Made by a program: the position numbers and the translations under genes. Shown in pieces: positions 47,936 through 50,709 of a DNA stretch of 50,709 nt. The notes under the pieces are model-generated. The model was not told where the DNA came from, searched no databases, and was given only the letters and a program-made list of their open reading frames with translations. This stretch comes from an uncultured bacterium (GTDB lineage Bacteria; Fidelibacterota; Marinisomatia; Marinisomatales; TCS55). Within the stretch, counting starts at the first letter, position 1. Every line of letters starts with the position of its first letter. Location of the stretch: NCBI GenBank assembly GCA_964475645.1, contig CAYYXU010000001.1:1-50709 (forward strand), given 5' to 3'.

Positions 47936-49234
47936 TTAATCTTTTGAAGGAAAAAGTTGGTGATCTACATGCTTTTCACCAATGACCACAGATGTACTCA
48001 ACATATTTAGTGCTTTATTTAATTTTTTAGAATTAGAATTGAACAACCGAATTAGCGGTTCTCCTTCCTTAACCTGGTCACCGATCTTGTGATAAAATTC
48101 CATGCCGGCAGTAGGGTCAAGCACCTCAGCTAATTCCTTGCGTCCGCATCCCAGTTCGGAGTTTGCCAATCCGATTAATTTTGTATCCATGGTGGAAATA
48201 ATGCCTGATTGTTGAGCAGAATATACAGCTTCTTCAGAAGGTAGATGCAATGTTTGAAAGGATGCTATATCTGCGTGCGCGCCACCATGGGCAGACACCA
48301 TTTCTAAAAATTTTTCAAGTGCAAGGCCAGTCTCGATCAATTCGCGCTGCATTTTCATGGCTGAACTTTTGTCTGATACTGTTTTTGCCTGGATCAATAA
48401 TTTTGATCCCAATTCTAAGGTAACTGCCATAGTATCTTCTGACCCATCGTTTTGCAGGCAGTTTATTGCTTCTTTTACCTCACACCACAAACCTGCATAC
48501 CTCCCCAATGGTTGGTCCATACTGGAAAAAACAATGTCTGTAGTAACATTAAAATTATTTCCGATTTGTTCTAGTAATATTGCCAGTTTCTGACCTTCCT
48601 CCAATGTTTCCATAAAAGCGCCATTTCCGATCTTTATGTCCATTACAAGTCCTTGAATGCCTTCAGCGATCTTTTTACTCATGATCGATCCGCAGATAAG
48701 AGGGATGGATCCCACAGTGCCGGTAACATCACGCAAGGCATACATTTTTTTATCCGCGGGACAAATCTCAGCGGTCTGCCCAATCATGGAAATACCAATA
48801 TCATTGACATTGCGTTTGAATTCATCCAGTGATAAATCAACTTTATAACCAGGTATCGCCTCTAGTTTATCAAGCGTGCCACCAGTATGACCCAGACTAC
48901 GACCGCTGATCATAGGGATAGCCAGGCCTGCAGCAGCCATAAGTGGACCAAGTATAAGTGAAACCTTATCACCAACACCGCCCGTACTATGTTTGTCTGC
49001 GACATAATTATCCAGAAATGAGAAATCCATTCTTTCGCCAGAATCTAGCATACTTTCCGTAAGGGAAAATGTCTCTTCCAGAGTCATCCCATTACTATGA
49101 ATGGCTTTTAATAGGTTCGTCATTGTTTCATTAGAGATGCTACCTTGGGTATAGTCCAATATGAAATGTCTCAGGTCTACGATGGGGATAGCATTGTTCT
49201 GTTCTTTAATCTGGATTAGTTCAGCTGGGTTCAT
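47936..49234 (-). CDS. deoA: Thymidine / pyrimidine-nucleoside phosphorylase
   Basis: DKHSTGGVGDKVSLILGP, SGRSLGHTGGTLDKLE and the C-terminal PYNP domain. Confidence 0.9.
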   Translation of the reverse strand: MNPAELIQIKEQNNAIPIVDLRHFILDYTQGSISNETMTNLLKAIHSNGMTLEETFSLTESMLDSGERMDFSFLDNYVADKHSTGGVGDKVSLILGPLMAAAGLAIPMISGRSLGHTGGTLDKLEAIPGYKVDLSLDEFKRNVNDIGISMIGQTAEICPADKKMYALRDVTGTVGSIPLICGSIMSKKIAEGIQGLVMDIKIGNGAFMETLEEGQKLAILLEQIGNNFNVTTDIVFSSMDQPLGRYAGLWCEVKEAINCLQNDGSEDTMAVTLELGSKLLIQAKTVSDKSSAMKMQRELIETGLALEKFLEMVSAHGGAHADIASFQTLHLPSEEAVYSAQQSGIISTMDTKLIGLANSELGCGRKELAEVLDPTAGMEFYHKIGDQVKEGEPLIRLFNSNSKKLNKALNMLSTSVVIGEKHVDHQLFPSKD

Positions 49235-50606
49235 TGTTCGGCTCTTTAGCTGTGGTTTTTTTCCAAGGCCAGCGAAGTTGGATAGGGGCTCGTTCTCGTA
49301 CTGTATTGATTGTTAAATATATACCAATGACCAGTAAAAGGACGTTTGGTGTCCACATACCAATTAAAGGTGATACTCGGTTGCGATCAGCCATTTCTTC
49401 TCCACCGATGAGAAAAATGTAGTAAACAAGGAAAAAGCCGAAGCCCATACAGATGGCCATCATAAAGCCGCCTTTACGGGTCAGTGTGCCTAATGGTGCG
49501 CCAACAAGCACGAAAAGAATACAGGCCACCGGAAGTGAAAATTTTTTATGAATCTCTACCCAATATTTGTTCTGATTTTTCTGATAATTTTGAATGAGGC
49601 GGTATTCATTATTCATCTGCCGTTCCAAGCTCTTTAATCTTCTTTCCTCACGACGCTGTTCTGCTGGCACAAGATTGGTATCATTCAAAACTGAAACGCG
49701 ATAATCTTTCATTACCAATTCGGCTGCCGTCAGCGAAGGCGGTACCAGGCTATCGCCGATTACCTTTTTGAATGAACGACCAACCCGCTGTTTTACACGC
49801 TGGGATCTTTGCTTATAATTAGCCTGTTTATCAAGCATCATAGGTATGGTCATTTCACGGTCCGACCGGTTTGATGTATCACGTCGAGCAAGCATCAAAT
49901 CATCGGCAGGTATGATTATCTTGTGTTGTTCAAAATTGATGCGCCGGTAATTACTGTAATCGTCCAGATTCAGTTCATGGATCTCACCATTGTAAAGCAT
50001 CAGGATGATGGCATCATCAAGAGTTTTTAATTCACCGGTCTTTGAATAGATACTAGTTTGAATTTCCTTATTCTCTTTACTAAAAATGCGTACATCCTCC
50101 ATTATACCATTATTATCCTTCCGGATGATCATACTATAATCAGGCAGACTATTGATAAAGTGACCCGGTTCAATATCAAGGCCAGGTCGTTTCTTATGGA
50201 TGTCGCCCTGCAATAAGCGGGCAAAAAAATTCATTTCCGGCAAAACATAGTTATTGAAATAGGTGAGTCCGAGACAGATGAACAGTCCAAATAAGAGAGC
50301 CGGTCGAAGGATCGAAGTAAAGCTTATTCCCGAGGCGCGCATGGCGTTTATTTCATTATATTCTGATAATCTACCGAAAGCCATAAGCGTGGCAATCAGT
50401 ACTGCCATTGGTACTGCTAGGGCTATAATCCAAGCTAAGTTTAGTAATAGATATTCAAGTATTGTGAAAATATTCAGGCCTTTCCCTAAAAATCGGTCGA
50501 TCGCCCTAAGGAAAAAATTTATAAAAAGCATCAGTACGATGACCATCAGGGAATATGTGAAGGGTAGTATAAGTTCCTTTATGATATAGCGCGACACAAG
50601 ACGCAT
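49221..50606 (-). CDS. LptF/LptG family lipopolysaccharide export permease
   Basis: MRLVSRYIIKELILPF opening, six TM segments with a large periplasmic insert, and SGISF. It overlaps deoA by 14 nt. Confidence 0.8.
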   Translation of the reverse strand: MRLVSRYIIKELILPFTYSLMVIVLMLFINFFLRAIDRFLGKGLNIFTILEYLLLNLAWIIALAVPMAVLIATLMAFGRLSEYNEINAMRASGISFTSILRPALLFGLFICLGLTYFNNYVLPEMNFFARLLQGDIHKKRPGLDIEPGHFINSLPDYSMIIRKDNNGIMEDVRIFSKENKEIQTSIYSKTGELKTLDDAIILMLYNGEIHELNLDDYSNYRRINFEQHKIIIPADDLMLARRDTSNRSDREMTIPMMLDKQANYKQRSQRVKQRVGRSFKKVIGDSLVPPSLTAAELVMKDYRVSVLNDTNLVPAEQRREERRLKSLERQMNNEYRLIQNYQKNQNKYWVEIHKKFSLPVACILFVLVGAPLGTLTRKGGFMMAICMGFGFFLVYYIFLIGGEEMADRNRVSPLIGMWTPNVLLLVIGIYLTINTVRERAPIQLRWPWKKTTAKEPNNEPS

Positions 50607-50709
50607 GGAAAAAATTACCGACGAACAGGCAAATATGAAATGAGTCCTTTGTGATACTTTACAACTTGTCTGTGATAGGTAAGACCGGTAATTTCGCCCG
50701 CCTTTGCAC

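Noticed and set aside
50659-50709. Possible 3' end of another minus-strand gene at the right edge (…VQRRAKLPVLPITDKL-TAA)
   Set aside because: Only 16 codons are visible, with no recognisable motif. Another frame is also open across the same bases, so it cannot be supported as a feature.
1-50709. CRISPR arrays, IS elements, integrases, prophage or defence islands
   Set aside because: I noticed no spaced direct-repeat arrays in the intergenic regions. No transposase, integrase or recombinase motifs appear in any ORF, and there is no tRNA-flanked island. The only repeats seen are the in-gene DxDxDG codon repeats of the TonB-dependent receptor.

Overview
The window is 50.7 kb, AT-rich by eye and very densely coded. 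I call about 47 protein genes, many overlapping by 1-14 nt. I found no rRNA, tRNA, CRISPR array, transposase or integrase. All family calls rest on motifs I recognised in the translations, since no database search was possible.

Gene content is core chromosome of a heterotroph:
- One-carbon and nucleotide metabolism: metH, a halide/thiol methyltransferase-like gene, a CysQ-like phosphatase, thyX, dCMP deaminase and thymidine phosphorylase.
- Acyl-CoA and amino-acid catabolism: glutaryl-CoA dehydrogenase, etfBA plus ETF-QO, and the catalytic subunit of a methylmalonyl-CoA mutase.
- Central metabolism: two different 2-oxoacid:ferredoxin oxidoreductases and fumC.
- A complete IscR-like/suf Fe-S assembly operon.
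- Envelope genes: PBP1A, an LptF/G permease and PAP2 phosphatases.

A C-terminal T9SS/Por-type sorting domain, seen together with Shine-Dalgarno-led genes, points to an FCB-superphylum-like lineage, possibly marine.

Most notable observations:
1. selD is a selenoprotein. An in-frame TGA sits at the catalytic Cys/Sec position, with hairpin potential downstream. The ORF track misses this and truncates the gene.
2. selD lies directly upstream of the suf operon. It is preceded by an unknown 269-aa protein that carries a consensus QLSLF clamp-binding motif.
3. A Ni-superoxide dismutase has a signal-peptide-like leader and no adjacent sodX protease.
4. A 1171-aa TonB-dependent receptor has loops packed with DxDxDG calcium-binding repeats. 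It is paired with a 777-aa T9SS-sorted protein containing a CBM-like domain.
5. An alpha + fused beta/gamma oxidoreductase is divergent from gcdH.
6. metH has a structured leader ending in a terminator 3 nt before the ATG. The gene is followed by an overlapping methyl-halide-transferase-like gene and a decayed DUF2461 remnant.
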